Below, in pieces: positions 9,893 to 18,807 of a stretch of DNA of 64,000 nucleotides; the stretch's first letter is position 1; every line of letters begins with the position of its first letter. Under the pieces are notes generated by a model, which ran no database searches, was not told the origin of the DNA, and saw nothing but the letters and a program-made list of their open reading frames with translations. This DNA comes from an uncultured Phycisphaerales bacterium (GTDB lineage Bacteria; Planctomycetota; B15-G4; CAYZWU01): the NCBI GenBank assembly GCA_964633825.1, contig CAZWHE010000001.1:8895-72894 (forward strand), written 5' to 3'. Made by a program: the position numbers and the translations under genes.

Positions 9893-10890
9893 TTCACCAG
9901 GTAGTTGAAAACCGCCTGGAGGTTGTTGTCGGGCGAGTGAAAGCTCTCCACCTCGATCCCGTCCTCGACAACGAGCTCGCAGAGCTCGTCATAGAAGCGG
10001 TCGGGGTCGCGCGTCCTGACAAGCAGGTTTCCGTCCCCTTCATCGAGGCCGGCGCTCACCACGATTCCTCTCTCCAGGCAGCGCACGGAGAGCTTCACGG
10101 GGTCGGCCGTCTTGATCCTCACCGTGTGGGGGTGCTTGTCGATGAGGCCCCGGATATGGTCGATCGTTCCTTCGGCCACGATCCGGCCCTTGGCGATGAG
10201 GATCACCTTTGTGGTCATGGCTTCGATCTCGTAGAGGATGTGGCTCGACACGAAGATGCACCGCCCCTGCTCTCCCAGCTCCCGAATCAGGCCGATCACC
10301 TCGCGCCGCCCCATGGGGTCCATGCCGGTGAGGGGCTCGTCGAGAACGAGTATGCCGGGATCGTGAAAGAGAGCCTGTGCCAGCTTGACCCTCTGGCGCA
10401 TGCCGCGCGAATAGGCCCCGATCATCTTGTCCGCCGCCCCGGCGAGGCCGGCTCTGACCAGCACTTTCCTTGCGAGATCGGCTGTCTCTTCCGGCCGGAA
10501 ACCGCGGAAGAGGGCGCGCTTCCTGATAAATTCGAAGCCCGTCTCCCTGTCGGGAAGGACATCCATCTCGGGGACATAGCCGAGGTCTTTTTTGACTTCC
10601 CAATCGAAAAAGGGATGGCGGCCGCAGAGGGAGACGTCCCCCTGGCTCGGCAGGATCTGCCCCGTGACGAGCTTCATGATCGTCGATTTCCCGGCGCCGT
10701 TCGGACCGAGAAGGCCGGTCACGCCCGGACCGATCTCGAAGGAGACATTGTTGATTCCGATCACCTGGCCGTACCACCTGGTGACCTGGTCGAACACGAT
10801 GGGGCCCGCCGTGCCGGCTGTGCGGCTTGTTTCGCCGTTCCCGGCGGGGCCGATGCCGTCTCCCTTCCTGCTCATGACTTGACGAATCAT
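9889..10890 (-). CDS. ABC transporter ATP-binding protein
   Basis: GPNGAGKS, YSRGMRQR, LVLDEP, VSSH; start placed at the TGATG overlap with the upstream permease. Confidence 0.93.
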   Translation of the reverse strand: MIRQVMSRKGDGIGPAGNGETSRTAGTAGPIVFDQVTRWYGQVIGINNVSFEIGPGVTGLLGPNGAGKSTIMKLVTGQILPSQGDVSLCGRHPFFDWEVKKDLGYVPEMDVLPDRETGFEFIRKRALFRGFRPEETADLARKVLVRAGLAGAADKMIGAYSRGMRQRVKLAQALFHDPGILVLDEPLTGMDPMGRREVIGLIRELGEQGRCIFVSSHILYEIEAMTTKVILIAKGRIVAEGTIDHIRGLIDKHPHTVRIKTADPVKLSVRCLERGIVVSAGLDEGDGNLLVRTRDPDRFYDELCELVVEDGIEVESFHSPDNNLQAVFNYLVK

Positions 10891-11771
10891 CACTTGACGA
10901 CCTCCGTCCCCTTCACCCTTTTGAGAAGGATCACACACGCCAGAGCGTTGATCACGAGCAGGTAGAGAAGGGAAAAGACCCAGTGTAGCTGATAGTTCGT
11001 TTCGACATTCAGGATGATCCGGGCGAGATAACCCACCGACTCGCGCAGATCGATCAGCCTGAGCTCGATCAGACCGAACACCTTGGACAGAATGGCCGAG
11101 GCGATAAGGAGCGTCACGTGAAAGCCGATCCAGAGCACGGCCGCCCTCCGCCCCGTCGAGCAGAGCGAAGAGGCGGCGAGCACAACGAGGGAGGCCGTCA
11201 ACGTGATGATCAACGAGACGCCGATCATGCCCAACAGGAGAGCGGCCTCGGCAGCGAAAGTTTCGCCCTCGTCGGAGAGGAGATAATCGGACAGAAAAAG
11301 AAGCAGCCCCGGAAAGAGCGTCAGGCAGAAGAGGAAGAACGCCATGGCCGCGAACTTGCCGGTCAGGTAGTCGAGAAGCGTGATCGGCTTGGAGAAGTAG
11401 ATCTCGAGCGCGCCGGTCTTGAGATCCCGCGCGACCAGGCCGGTTCCGACGAAAAGACAGAGGAGGACGATGCCGACGAACTGGTTCAGTATGAGAAAGT
11501 TATAGTAGAAAAGCCCGTCAACGGTCGCCAAGGCGGCCAGCCCATCCGCCGCACCTCGCGGCGCACTCTTCGATAATTCGGGGACGAGGTTGTAAGCATA
11601 GATCATGCCGATCCGGACCACGAAGGGGATCATGGTCAGGCAGAAAAGAATCAAGAACTTCTTCGTCTTGAAGGACTGCCTGATCTCGTTCAGCATGATG
11701 GGGACCCAGCGGAATACTCTCCCTTCCAGGTATCCTTCCCAGTGCTTGTAGGACTGGTCGTATATGGGCAC
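10890..11771 (-). CDS. ABC-2 type permease
   Basis: GTG start at 11771 directly after the ATPase stop (MPIYDQSYKHWEG); ARDLKTGALEIYFSKPIT motif; multiple TM segments. Confidence 0.82.
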   Translation of the reverse strand: MPIYDQSYKHWEGYLEGRVFRWVPIMLNEIRQSFKTKKFLILFCLTMIPFVVRIGMIYAYNLVPELSKSAPRGAADGLAALATVDGLFYYNFLILNQFVGIVLLCLFVGTGLVARDLKTGALEIYFSKPITLLDYLTGKFAAMAFFLFCLTLFPGLLLFLSDYLLSDEGETFAAEAALLLGMIGVSLIITLTASLVVLAASSLCSTGRRAAVLWIGFHVTLLIASAILSKVFGLIELRLIDLRESVGYLARIILNVETNYQLHWVFSLLYLLVINALACVILLKRVKGTEVVK

Positions 11772-11772
11772 T

Positions 11773-12723
11773 TCAGTCCTCCACCGACCTGATAAAGAGA
11801 TCTTCGAGCGATTCTTCGGCAGGAACGAGGGAACGGAGCTGCAGCCCTTCCTCGCGCGCCATTCTGAAGATCTCGACGGTCCGGGCTTCTTTCGGAACGA
11901 AGAGCTTGCCTGCGGGACGGACCTTCTCGAAGGTAAATCGCCATCCCGCCTTGTCCGCGGCAAGGCGGAACCTGTCCCGGTCTCCCCTCACCTCCACGTC
12001 GTACACCCTCTCGGCCGACACCTTCAGCTCCGAGATCCTGCCCGCCCGGAGAACCTCTCCGTCTTTCAGAAGGACCACGTGTTCGCACGTTCTCTCCACA
12101 TCGTTCAGGAGGTGGGAAGAGAGGAGGAGGTGGATGTCCTTCCTGTGAGAGAGGTCGTAGATGAGATCGAGGACTTCCTCGCGCCCTTTCGGATCGAAGC
12201 CGTTGGTCGGCTCGTCGAGAATGACGACCTCGGGATCGTGGACAATGGCCTGGGCCAGCTTCACGCGCTGACGCATGCCCATCGAGTAGCCGTCCACGGG
12301 GCGGTAGCGCGCCTCGCCGAGGTCGACATACTCGAGAACCTCGTGGGCCCGCCGGCGGGCGTCTTTCCACGGCATCCCGACGAGCCGGCCGCAAAAAGCG
12401 ACGTATTCGAAGCCGTTCATCCCCGGAATGTGGCAGTCGTGCTCGGGTGCGTAGCCCACTTTTTTCCGAATCTCGATCCCGTCCTTCGAGATGTCCCTGC
12501 CCAGGAGCGAGCCCTTCCCGCCGGAGAGCTCCTGGAGACCGAGAAGGGCCTTGATCAGGGTCGATTTCCCCGCACCATTCGGGCCGAGAAGCCCCACGCT
12601 CCCCCCCTCCATCGAGAGGGTCAGGCCTCTCAGCGCCAGGAATGAGCCGTACGACACCTTGAGATCATCGAGACCGATCAATCGGTTCCGCTGGCTCATG
12701 TTCGTTTCCGATTCATGCATCAT
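11773..12723 (-). CDS. ABC transporter ATP-binding protein
   Basis: GPNGAGKS, YSMGMRQR, VILDEP, LSSH. Confidence 0.93.
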   Translation of the reverse strand: MMHESETNMSQRNRLIGLDDLKVSYGSFLALRGLTLSMEGGSVGLLGPNGAGKSTLIKALLGLQELSGGKGSLLGRDISKDGIEIRKKVGYAPEHDCHIPGMNGFEYVAFCGRLVGMPWKDARRRAHEVLEYVDLGEARYRPVDGYSMGMRQRVKLAQAIVHDPEVVILDEPTNGFDPKGREEVLDLIYDLSHRKDIHLLLSSHLLNDVERTCEHVVLLKDGEVLRAGRISELKVSAERVYDVEVRGDRDRFRLAADKAGWRFTFEKVRPAGKLFVPKEARTVEIFRMAREEGLQLRSLVPAEESLEDLFIRSVED

Positions 12724-12932
12724 GTAAAAGGGGTTCTAATATTCCGTTGCGGAATTGTCCAGCCGTTCAGCAGCCGGTGGTGCCGGTCCGTTGCAACGGC
12801 CCTTTTCACAACCATACCAATTATTTAGGAAACTTCTCCCTGGCTCCATGGTTTAATTCTTCGCAAAGGGAAAACATATGTTTATAGAACAACACGATTC
12901 CGGACAGCAGCTTATACGCAAGCCGAAACCGG

Positions 12933-12972
12933 TTTGGAAAAATCCCTTTGGAAAAATCCGTCTGGAGAAACC
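12933..12972. repeat. Three tandem 14-bp-period repeats in a divergent intergenic region
   Basis: TTTGGAAAAATCCC / TTTGGAAAAATCCG / TCTGGAGAAACC. Confidence 0.7.
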
Positions 12973-13008
12973 TGAACAGGCCAAACCTTTTTTATCGAGG
13001 ACAGAACC

Positions 13009-14025
13009 ATGATCCTGGAAAATTGCGCTCTCTTCCTCTGCCTTCTCATTGCCTCCCCCGGCGACGAGCCGGTCCCACAGACGGCTTCTGACAAAGCTGC
13101 GGCACGCAACGCTTTCATGGAAGCCTGGTTCGTGGAAACGCATGACAAGAAGGCCGAGGAGTCTCTTATCCTCTATAACAAAATCAGAGAGCTCTACCCG
13201 TCGAGCTCCTTTGCTCCGGAAGCCCTGGCCAGAACGATCGGACTGGAGGTCCGGCTTGGCAAGAAGGAAGCAGCCGCGCTTCATCTCGAAGAACTGGAGG
13301 CAAAACATCCTGATTGTACAGACCTTATCAGGAAGGCGCGCTGGAACCTGGAGAGAGAGCAGCGTCGAAGCAAGCGGCCCTCCCGACGGTTTCCTCCAAA
13401 AAAGCCGGAATCCGAGCAAAGCGGGATCGGGACCGAACCCGATGCCTCCGAATTCCCGCTCGTCGAAGGAAAAGGCCAACATCCCGGCAGAACCGGCGAA
13501 CCGAGCGGTGGGAATCAACCGAGGATGCGGAGGCCATCGGGAATCGACTTCTCTCTCATCGACCGCCTTCTCGACGAAGCCCGCAAGAGGGAGAAAGAGG
13601 GAGACATAAGAGGCGCCGAATTGCTGCGCGACAGGGCCGTTGATCTGATTTTGGAACAGAAGTCCGGCAGAGGTCAGCGCGCCGGATCCATCCCCCCGAA
13701 AAGAGAAAGGCTGCAGCGCGAAGCGAAAAGAATCGAAAAGAGAATCAAGGAACTGGAGGCCGAGGGGAAGCACGCAGAAGCCGAAGAGCTTCGCGCAGAG
13801 GTTGAAATCATCCGCCGGAACCTGAAATCCCTCAAAAGAAACAAGAAAACCGACAAGGATCTCAAAAGGCTCTTCCCTCCCGAAGATAATGAGAAGAAGG
13901 ACGATATCGAAATCCTCAGGAGAAAGATCGAAGCGTTGAAAAGGGAGCTCGACGAGAAGCCCGCCGAGGAAAAAACTCCTCCTCCCGAGGAGGCCGGGCC
14001 GGTAACGACCGACGACTCGGGGTGA
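13009..14025 (+). CDS. Predicted secreted protein with TPR-like helical pair and charged coiled coil
   Basis: N-terminal hydrophobic signal; YNKIRELYPSSSFAPEAL TPR-like pattern; long E/K/R heptads. Confidence 0.65.
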   Translation: MILENCALFLCLLIASPGDEPVPQTASDKAAARNAFMEAWFVETHDKKAEESLILYNKIRELYPSSSFAPEALARTIGLEVRLGKKEAAALHLEELEAKHPDCTDLIRKARWNLEREQRRSKRPSRRFPPKKPESEQSGIGTEPDASEFPLVEGKGQHPGRTGEPSGGNQPRMRRPSGIDFSLIDRLLDEARKREKEGDIRGAELLRDRAVDLILEQKSGRGQRAGSIPPKRERLQREAKRIEKRIKELEAEGKHAEAEELRAEVEIIRRNLKSLKRNKKTDKDLKRLFPPEDNEKKDDIEILRRKIEALKRELDEKPAEEKTPPPEEAGPVTTDDSG

Positions 14026-14062
14026 GAGACCGACGAATGAGACCCCGTCGGGGTCCACCCTC

Positions 14063-14605
14063 TCAGAGCTCTTCATATCGGATACCGCGGCCGCAGGCCG
14101 GTTCGATATCGCGTAAAAGCCCGTTCAGGGGGCCGTCATCCCCGGTCGTTTCGAGAAAGGAGCTCGCTTCTTTCCTTTCAGCCGCTGTTTTCAGGATCTC
14201 CCGGCGCGCTTCGAGTCTGACACGCTTCGTTTTCAGCCGCTCCAGACAGGCACGCGACGAAGCCCTTTCTCTCCTCACTTCAACGAGCTCTTTTCTGAGC
14301 TCCGCTTCACAGGCGCGGCTTATTCTCTCGATATTCAGATCGGTATATCCGGCAGAGGAGCCTGTTTTCTTTATTTCGCCGATTACTTCGTCGAGCCTCT
14401 GAAACAGGATTTTTTCCGTCCGATCCAGTCTCTGCAGAACGGACTGGACTTTAGCGATCCGCAGGTTGATCTCATTGATGCCGCTTCGCGCGGGCTCTTC
14501 TTCTTTCCGTTTTTCATTCGAACCCTCATACCCGGGAATCTCGAGCCCATCCCAGGTCACAACGAAGAGAAAGAGAGCGGCGCAGATTATGGTCGATATT
14601 TTCAT
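14063..14605 (-). CDS. Coiled-coil hairpin protein with N-terminal signal or anchor
   Basis: Start moved to ATG 14605 (MKISTIICAALFLFVV); two long amphipathic helices separated by a G/S loop. Confidence 0.6.
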   Translation of the reverse strand: MKISTIICAALFLFVVTWDGLEIPGYEGSNEKRKEEEPARSGINEINLRIAKVQSVLQRLDRTEKILFQRLDEVIGEIKKTGSSAGYTDLNIERISRACEAELRKELVEVRRERASSRACLERLKTKRVRLEARREILKTAAERKEASSFLETTGDDGPLNGLLRDIEPACGRGIRYEEL

Positions 14606-14660
14606 GTCATCCGCCTCCGGACGGAGCCGGCCGGGAGAAGCGCTCCCGGCCGGCCGTCTC

Positions 14661-15494
14661 CTAAAGATTACCTTTTTCGATCTCCTCGAAGCAGGCCTCG
14701 ATATCGGCGACCACGTCTCTGTCGGACGAGACTCCCGGTTTCGAGTAGTCGATGCCGCCCACATAGTCGCCGTTGATGCGAATCCTCTCTTCGAGAATCC
14801 GATCCTTCATATCGAGCTGCTTCTCGAAATCGGCCAACATCTTCTGGGTCTTGCCGATCTCGGTCTTGAATTCATGCGCCAGATCGACGGCGTTCACCGT
14901 TTCGGCGAAGATCTCCTTTGCCTTGTACTTCTCGAGCTCGGCCTTCAAAAACATCACCTTGGCCGTGAGCTCGACTTTCACGTTTTCGGCGTTGGTCACA
15001 TTCTCGCGGGCCATCTCGAGGGTGCCCTTCTTGGTTCTCAAAGTTTCGGCGAGATTCTCCAGGGTCTCGCCCTGGATTCTGAAGATCTTGAGCTTCTCGG
15101 CGGCATCGCGCGACACCTCGCCGTGGGAGTACTCCCGGCCGCCGATCAGGTATGCTTCCTTTCCATCGGCAAGAAGCCGCGACGCGCGCTCCAGCGTCTC
15201 GCGGAGCCTCCCCGAGGCCTCTTCCTTCTCGGCGATGATGCCTTCGAGGTACTCCACATCCACCTGGCGGCGGATCACGTCGGTCTTCAGTTTCTCGATC
15301 TCCCTTTTGAGACCGCTCACCTTGGTTTCGAGGAGAGCCAGCTTGGTTTCGAGCCCCTGGGCTTCCTCGATCTTTTCCTGAATGATGCGCTTGCCCGTCC
15401 CGGCATAGAGCTTGAGCTTCTCGGGATAGACAAGAGCACCCACGACTCCGACAACCACAACGGAAAGAATGAACAGCTTGAATATGGTCTTCAT
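14661..15494 (-). CDS. PspA/IM30 (ESCRT-III)-like coiled-coil protein with N-terminal TM anchor
   Basis: TM segment LFILSVVVVGVVGALVY; long helix ending RASRLLADGKE (compare the PspA hairpin A..AL..G.E); further long helices. The CDS is solid; the family call is inference. Confidence 0.6.
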   Translation of the reverse strand: MKTIFKLFILSVVVVGVVGALVYPEKLKLYAGTGKRIIQEKIEEAQGLETKLALLETKVSGLKREIEKLKTDVIRRQVDVEYLEGIIAEKEEASGRLRETLERASRLLADGKEAYLIGGREYSHGEVSRDAAEKLKIFRIQGETLENLAETLRTKKGTLEMARENVTNAENVKVELTAKVMFLKAELEKYKAKEIFAETVNAVDLAHEFKTEIGKTQKMLADFEKQLDMKDRILEERIRINGDYVGGIDYSKPGVSSDRDVVADIEACFEEIEKGNL

Positions 15495-15544
15495 TTTGAC
15501 CTCCTTTGAATCAAGTCCTTATGAACGTTCCGTTTCATATCCGA

Positions 15545-15982
15545 TCAATCCGCCGCACACGCCGATGGCTGCTCGGCAAAAGCGGCCTGATGATTGTTCT
15601 TATTGTGGGCCGACAGAAAAGCGTCGGCGATACCGATGAAGTATGGAATGACGAGCCAGCTCGTCACGAAGATGAGAACACCCTTGAGAATCTGGTGGTT
15701 GTAAACCTGGCCGGCGCCGGGCAGGACAGTGCTCAAGAGGGCGGCCAGCACGGGATCCTTGTAATCAGGCCGGCCGCAGCAGGGGCATTCGAGCATGCCC
15801 TTCACCGCCGCTTTGATGTGATGAGACGGCCGGCTGGGCCGGGGATTTTCTCCGAAGCGTTTCAGGCAGCACGGGCAAGCGCCGGCCCCCTTCTCGCCGA
15901 GCGAGGGAAGCCTTTCCCCGCAATACCCGCAGTATTTTTCGTCGTCCTGTGCTTCAGACTTTTTCTTTTTGAGCAGAAACAT
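15545..15982 (-). CDS. Small Zn-ribbon membrane protein with KDP..A..LS..PG.GQ.YN motif
   Basis: CGYC, CPCC and CPCC clusters, then KDPVLAALLSTVLPGAGQVYN and TM helices; GGAGG RBS. Confidence 0.75.
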   Translation of the reverse strand: MFLLKKKKSEAQDDEKYCGYCGERLPSLGEKGAGACPCCLKRFGENPRPSRPSHHIKAAVKGMLECPCCGRPDYKDPVLAALLSTVLPGAGQVYNHQILKGVLIFVTSWLVIPYFIGIADAFLSAHNKNNHQAAFAEQPSACAAD

Positions 15983-16544
15983 GATGACCTCCGCAACCCA
16001 TCATAAGCGACAAAGCAAAAGCCGCGGCAAAACCGGTCCAGATCGCCCAGGGCGGGATGACCACACCCATACCGTCGGGCAGCCAGACAAAGAGGAAGGC
16101 GAGCAGGGCGGCGGCGCCCCAGAGCATCCAGTCGCCCTCCCCGACGGTCACCCCCCGCGTCCCTTCATCGAGGCGGTTGTTCTTCTTGATCGCCGCCATG
16201 CGCGCATCCCAGGCGCAGAAGAGGAGGAGAAAGATCAAAACCGGGAGCGGCACGACATCCCTGTTGCCGAAACAGACAAGAGCGCCCGCGAGAAAGAAGA
16301 GCCCCCGAAAAACAGAACCGCAGTAGATCTGTCCCAGACCGGGCATCGCCGAGAGCATGAAAGCCAGGGTGGGCGACTTGAAATTCGCCTTTTTCTTCGG
16401 CTTTTTGAAGGGCTTTCGCCCCGGCACGCAGTCGGGGCAATAGTTTTTCGACTTGTCGAGCCTCCTGCACTCGTGGCAGACGGTCTTGCCGCAGGCCACG
16501 CAGCGCGCCGCGCCCGGTCTTTTCGTGTGTCCGCAGTTCGGCAC
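15954..16544 (-). CDS. B-box-type Zn-finger membrane protein with the same motif
   Basis: CGH..CVACGKTVCHEC..YCPDC; KSPTLAFMLSAMPGLGQIYCG; about four TM helices; GAGG RBS and GTG start. Confidence 0.8.
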   Translation of the reverse strand: MPNCGHTKRPGAARCVACGKTVCHECRRLDKSKNYCPDCVPGRKPFKKPKKKANFKSPTLAFMLSAMPGLGQIYCGSVFRGLFFLAGALVCFGNRDVVPLPVLIFLLLFCAWDARMAAIKKNNRLDEGTRGVTVGEGDWMLWGAAALLAFLFVWLPDGMGVVIPPWAIWTGFAAAFALSLMMGCGGHHVSAQKEKV

Positions 16545-16572
16545 GATACACCTCGCTTTCTTCCACGGGTTA

Positions 16573-16590
16573 TTTCAAAGGGTGTGCCCG
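16573..16590 (-). promoter_or_regulatory. Putative sigma54 (-24/-12) promoter, non-canonical -12
   Basis: CGGGCACACCCTTTGAAA = GG-N10-GA with GGCAC and TTG conserved; implied start about 16563, just upstream of the RBS at 16551-16554. Confidence 0.45.
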
Positions 16591-16787
16591 GAGATGAAAA
16601 AAACGGCGCCCATCAAAAAAACCGAGCGGCCGGATAGGCAAAATCATGCGGCAGGGACGCCTGAGCACCGCGAAGAGCCGGTTTGGAATTTCCGGAACAA
16701 ATAAAAAAAAGCGATCGGGACTCTGGCGGCACTTGGAGGGTGGAATCACATGGAGTCAAGAAAACCGACACGCCGTGTCAAAAGTCT

Positions 16788-18788
16788 TTACGCTTCCGGG
16801 CTCGCTTGTTTGTTGATTTCTTCAGCCCCGGTATGGGCCTGCCGGATTCCATAAAAATAGGGCAGAATGAGCCAAAAGGTGAGCAGAACGAGGATGCCTT
16901 TGCGGGTGTCGCCGTTATAGAACTGCCCCAGCCCGGGCAGCATGGCGGAAAGGACGGCCGCAAACACGGGATCCTTGCGGCGCGGTCCGGGCCGGAGAGA
17001 TTGCCCTTCTTCCTTCTTTTTTCTATGAAAAAGATGATGCAAAGGACCGCGGCCTTTTCCCATGTGCTTCTCTTTGGGTTTTTTCTTGGGCTTTATCTTG
17101 GCCTTTTTCCGTGCGAAATAAAAAGCGCCGGCCGCCATGTCGTGAAGGGTGCGCTTTTCAGGGCTCATGAAGAGGTACCCCACGTCGATAAGCAGCCAGG
17201 CCAGACAGATCGTTCCCAGCGTGGGAACAATTGTCGGCTGGGCCGTCTCGGAGGCCCTGGCAAGACCGTCCAGCGCGCGACAGAAAGCGTTCCCGCCCTG
17301 ATCCCACGACTCGATGAATAAAATCGGAAACTTCGCACCCATTCCGAAAAGGACGGGATAAAAGAGAAGTGTCCTGAAAAAAGCCGCCACCCAGCCAAGG
17401 TCCTCGCCGCTCGCCTTTCCCACGCGGCATCTGAAGAACGTCTTGCCCAGGGTGACTCCCCCCTTCGCATCGGAGATGAAAAAATAGAAAAAAACGAAAA
17501 GGAGAAAGACGGCATCCCACAGCCAGTATCGAAAGACCCCGCTCTCGAGGTTGTACAGAGCGGACAGAACCGCAAAATCCCCCGCCCAGGCAAGGAAGCG
17601 CCTCAAAAGCCCGGCCCGGACGAGCCGGATCTCCTCGGAAGCGGGAGCCTCCCTTTCTTCGATCACATAGCTCGGTATTCTCCTGACACCCTTTGAGCGC
17701 TGCTGATCCTTGCTCTTGTCACGGCCCCGCCCCTGTTCGGAGGAAAGAGCGGGAGCCCGCCCTGTCTTCAAGGATTCGAGGTCGGCAATGAGGGCCTCGT
17801 ATGACGTGTACCTGTCATCCTTCTTCTTGGACATCATCTTCCGGATAACGGCCGAGAGCGCAGCCGGAATCTTCGGATTGCGCGAGTCGGGCGGGGGGAG
17901 GTCATCCCTGATGTGCCTGAGGATGATGCCGACCGGGCTCTCCGCTTCGTAGGGCGGGGATCCCGTCAGGAGGTGGTAAAAGGACGCGCCCAGGGAATAG
18001 ACATCGGTTCTGTAGTCGAGGGGGCGGCTTTCGCCCTGCTCGGGCGACATGTAATAGGGCGTTCCCACGATGGCGCCCGTCAGGGTCAGGCTGCTCTGGC
18101 TCGACGCGATCCGGGCCAAACCGAAATCAGTGATTTTCAGGGTCCCCTTCTTGTCGAGAACCATGTTGGACGGCTTGACGTCCCTGTGAATCACCCCTTG
18201 GGCCGCGGCCGCCGCCAGGCCCCGGGAAGCCTGGATCATGAGGTCGATCGCCCGGTCCGGATCGAGCGGTCCCTCTCTCCTTAAAAGACGGTCGAGGTTC
18301 TCGCCGTCCACCAGCTCCATGGCATAGTAGGGGATCCCTTTCCACGTGTCCGTGTAATAGATCTGGACGATGTGAGGATTGTTCAACCGCGCCACGGAAC
18401 GGGCTTCCCTCTGAAAGCGGGCGACGAAATCTTTCTGTTCCCGCAGCTTTCCCGAGAGGATCTTGAGCGCCACGTTCCGCTGAAGCTTTTGGTCCACGGC
18501 GATGTAGACCTTTCCCATCCCGCCCTCGCCGATTACACCGGTCACGCTGTAGGGCCCCAGGGAAGAACCGATCGCAATGTCGCCGGGCCGGGGGAGTTCG
18601 AGAGTCGTTGTGACACGATCTCCGCCGGGAGAAGGACCACCCTCACGCGACGGGGGGCGGCTCGAATCTCCCGGAGGGAGGACATTGATCCTTTTGCAGG
18701 ACGGACACTCGAACTCGACGCGGTCGTCCCCCGGTTCCTTGACCAGGATCTCGCCGCAGGGACAGATGATTTCGACCGTGTCCTTCAT
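16788..18788 (-). CDS. Hanks-type Ser/Thr kinase with N-terminal Zn ribbon, RDD domain and C-terminal TM motif
   Basis: CPCG..CPSC; GEGGMGKVY, VALK, HRDVKPSN, DFGLAR, GTPYYMSPEQ; RAGLLRRFLAWAGDF..GVTLGK RDD pattern; KDPVFAAVLSAMLPGLGQFYNG. Start set at ATG 18788. Confidence 0.92.
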   Translation of the reverse strand: MKDTVEIICPCGEILVKEPGDDRVEFECPSCKRINVLPPGDSSRPPSREGGPSPGGDRVTTTLELPRPGDIAIGSSLGPYSVTGVIGEGGMGKVYIAVDQKLQRNVALKILSGKLREQKDFVARFQREARSVARLNNPHIVQIYYTDTWKGIPYYAMELVDGENLDRLLRREGPLDPDRAIDLMIQASRGLAAAAAQGVIHRDVKPSNMVLDKKGTLKITDFGLARIASSQSSLTLTGAIVGTPYYMSPEQGESRPLDYRTDVYSLGASFYHLLTGSPPYEAESPVGIILRHIRDDLPPPDSRNPKIPAALSAVIRKMMSKKKDDRYTSYEALIADLESLKTGRAPALSSEQGRGRDKSKDQQRSKGVRRIPSYVIEEREAPASEEIRLVRAGLLRRFLAWAGDFAVLSALYNLESGVFRYWLWDAVFLLFVFFYFFISDAKGGVTLGKTFFRCRVGKASGEDLGWVAAFFRTLLFYPVLFGMGAKFPILFIESWDQGGNAFCRALDGLARASETAQPTIVPTLGTICLAWLLIDVGYLFMSPEKRTLHDMAAGAFYFARKKAKIKPKKKPKEKHMGKGRGPLHHLFHRKKKEEGQSLRPGPRRKDPVFAAVLSAMLPGLGQFYNGDTRKGILVLLTFWLILPYFYGIRQAHTGAEEINKQASPEA

Positions 18789-18807
18789 GCCTCGATTCAA
18801 CGGAACC

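Noticed and set aside
12770-12800. GGTGCCGGTCCGTTGCA as a sigma54 promoter
   Set aside because: GG-to-GC spacing is 12, not the required 10.
12853-14076. 407-aa minus-strand ORF and the many other long overlapping ORFs (e.g. 809-1966, 2084-3949, 24002-25849, 41967-43547, 50694-52673)
   Set aside because: Antisense or off-frame shadows of well-supported genes, expected at this GC content; no recognisable motifs.
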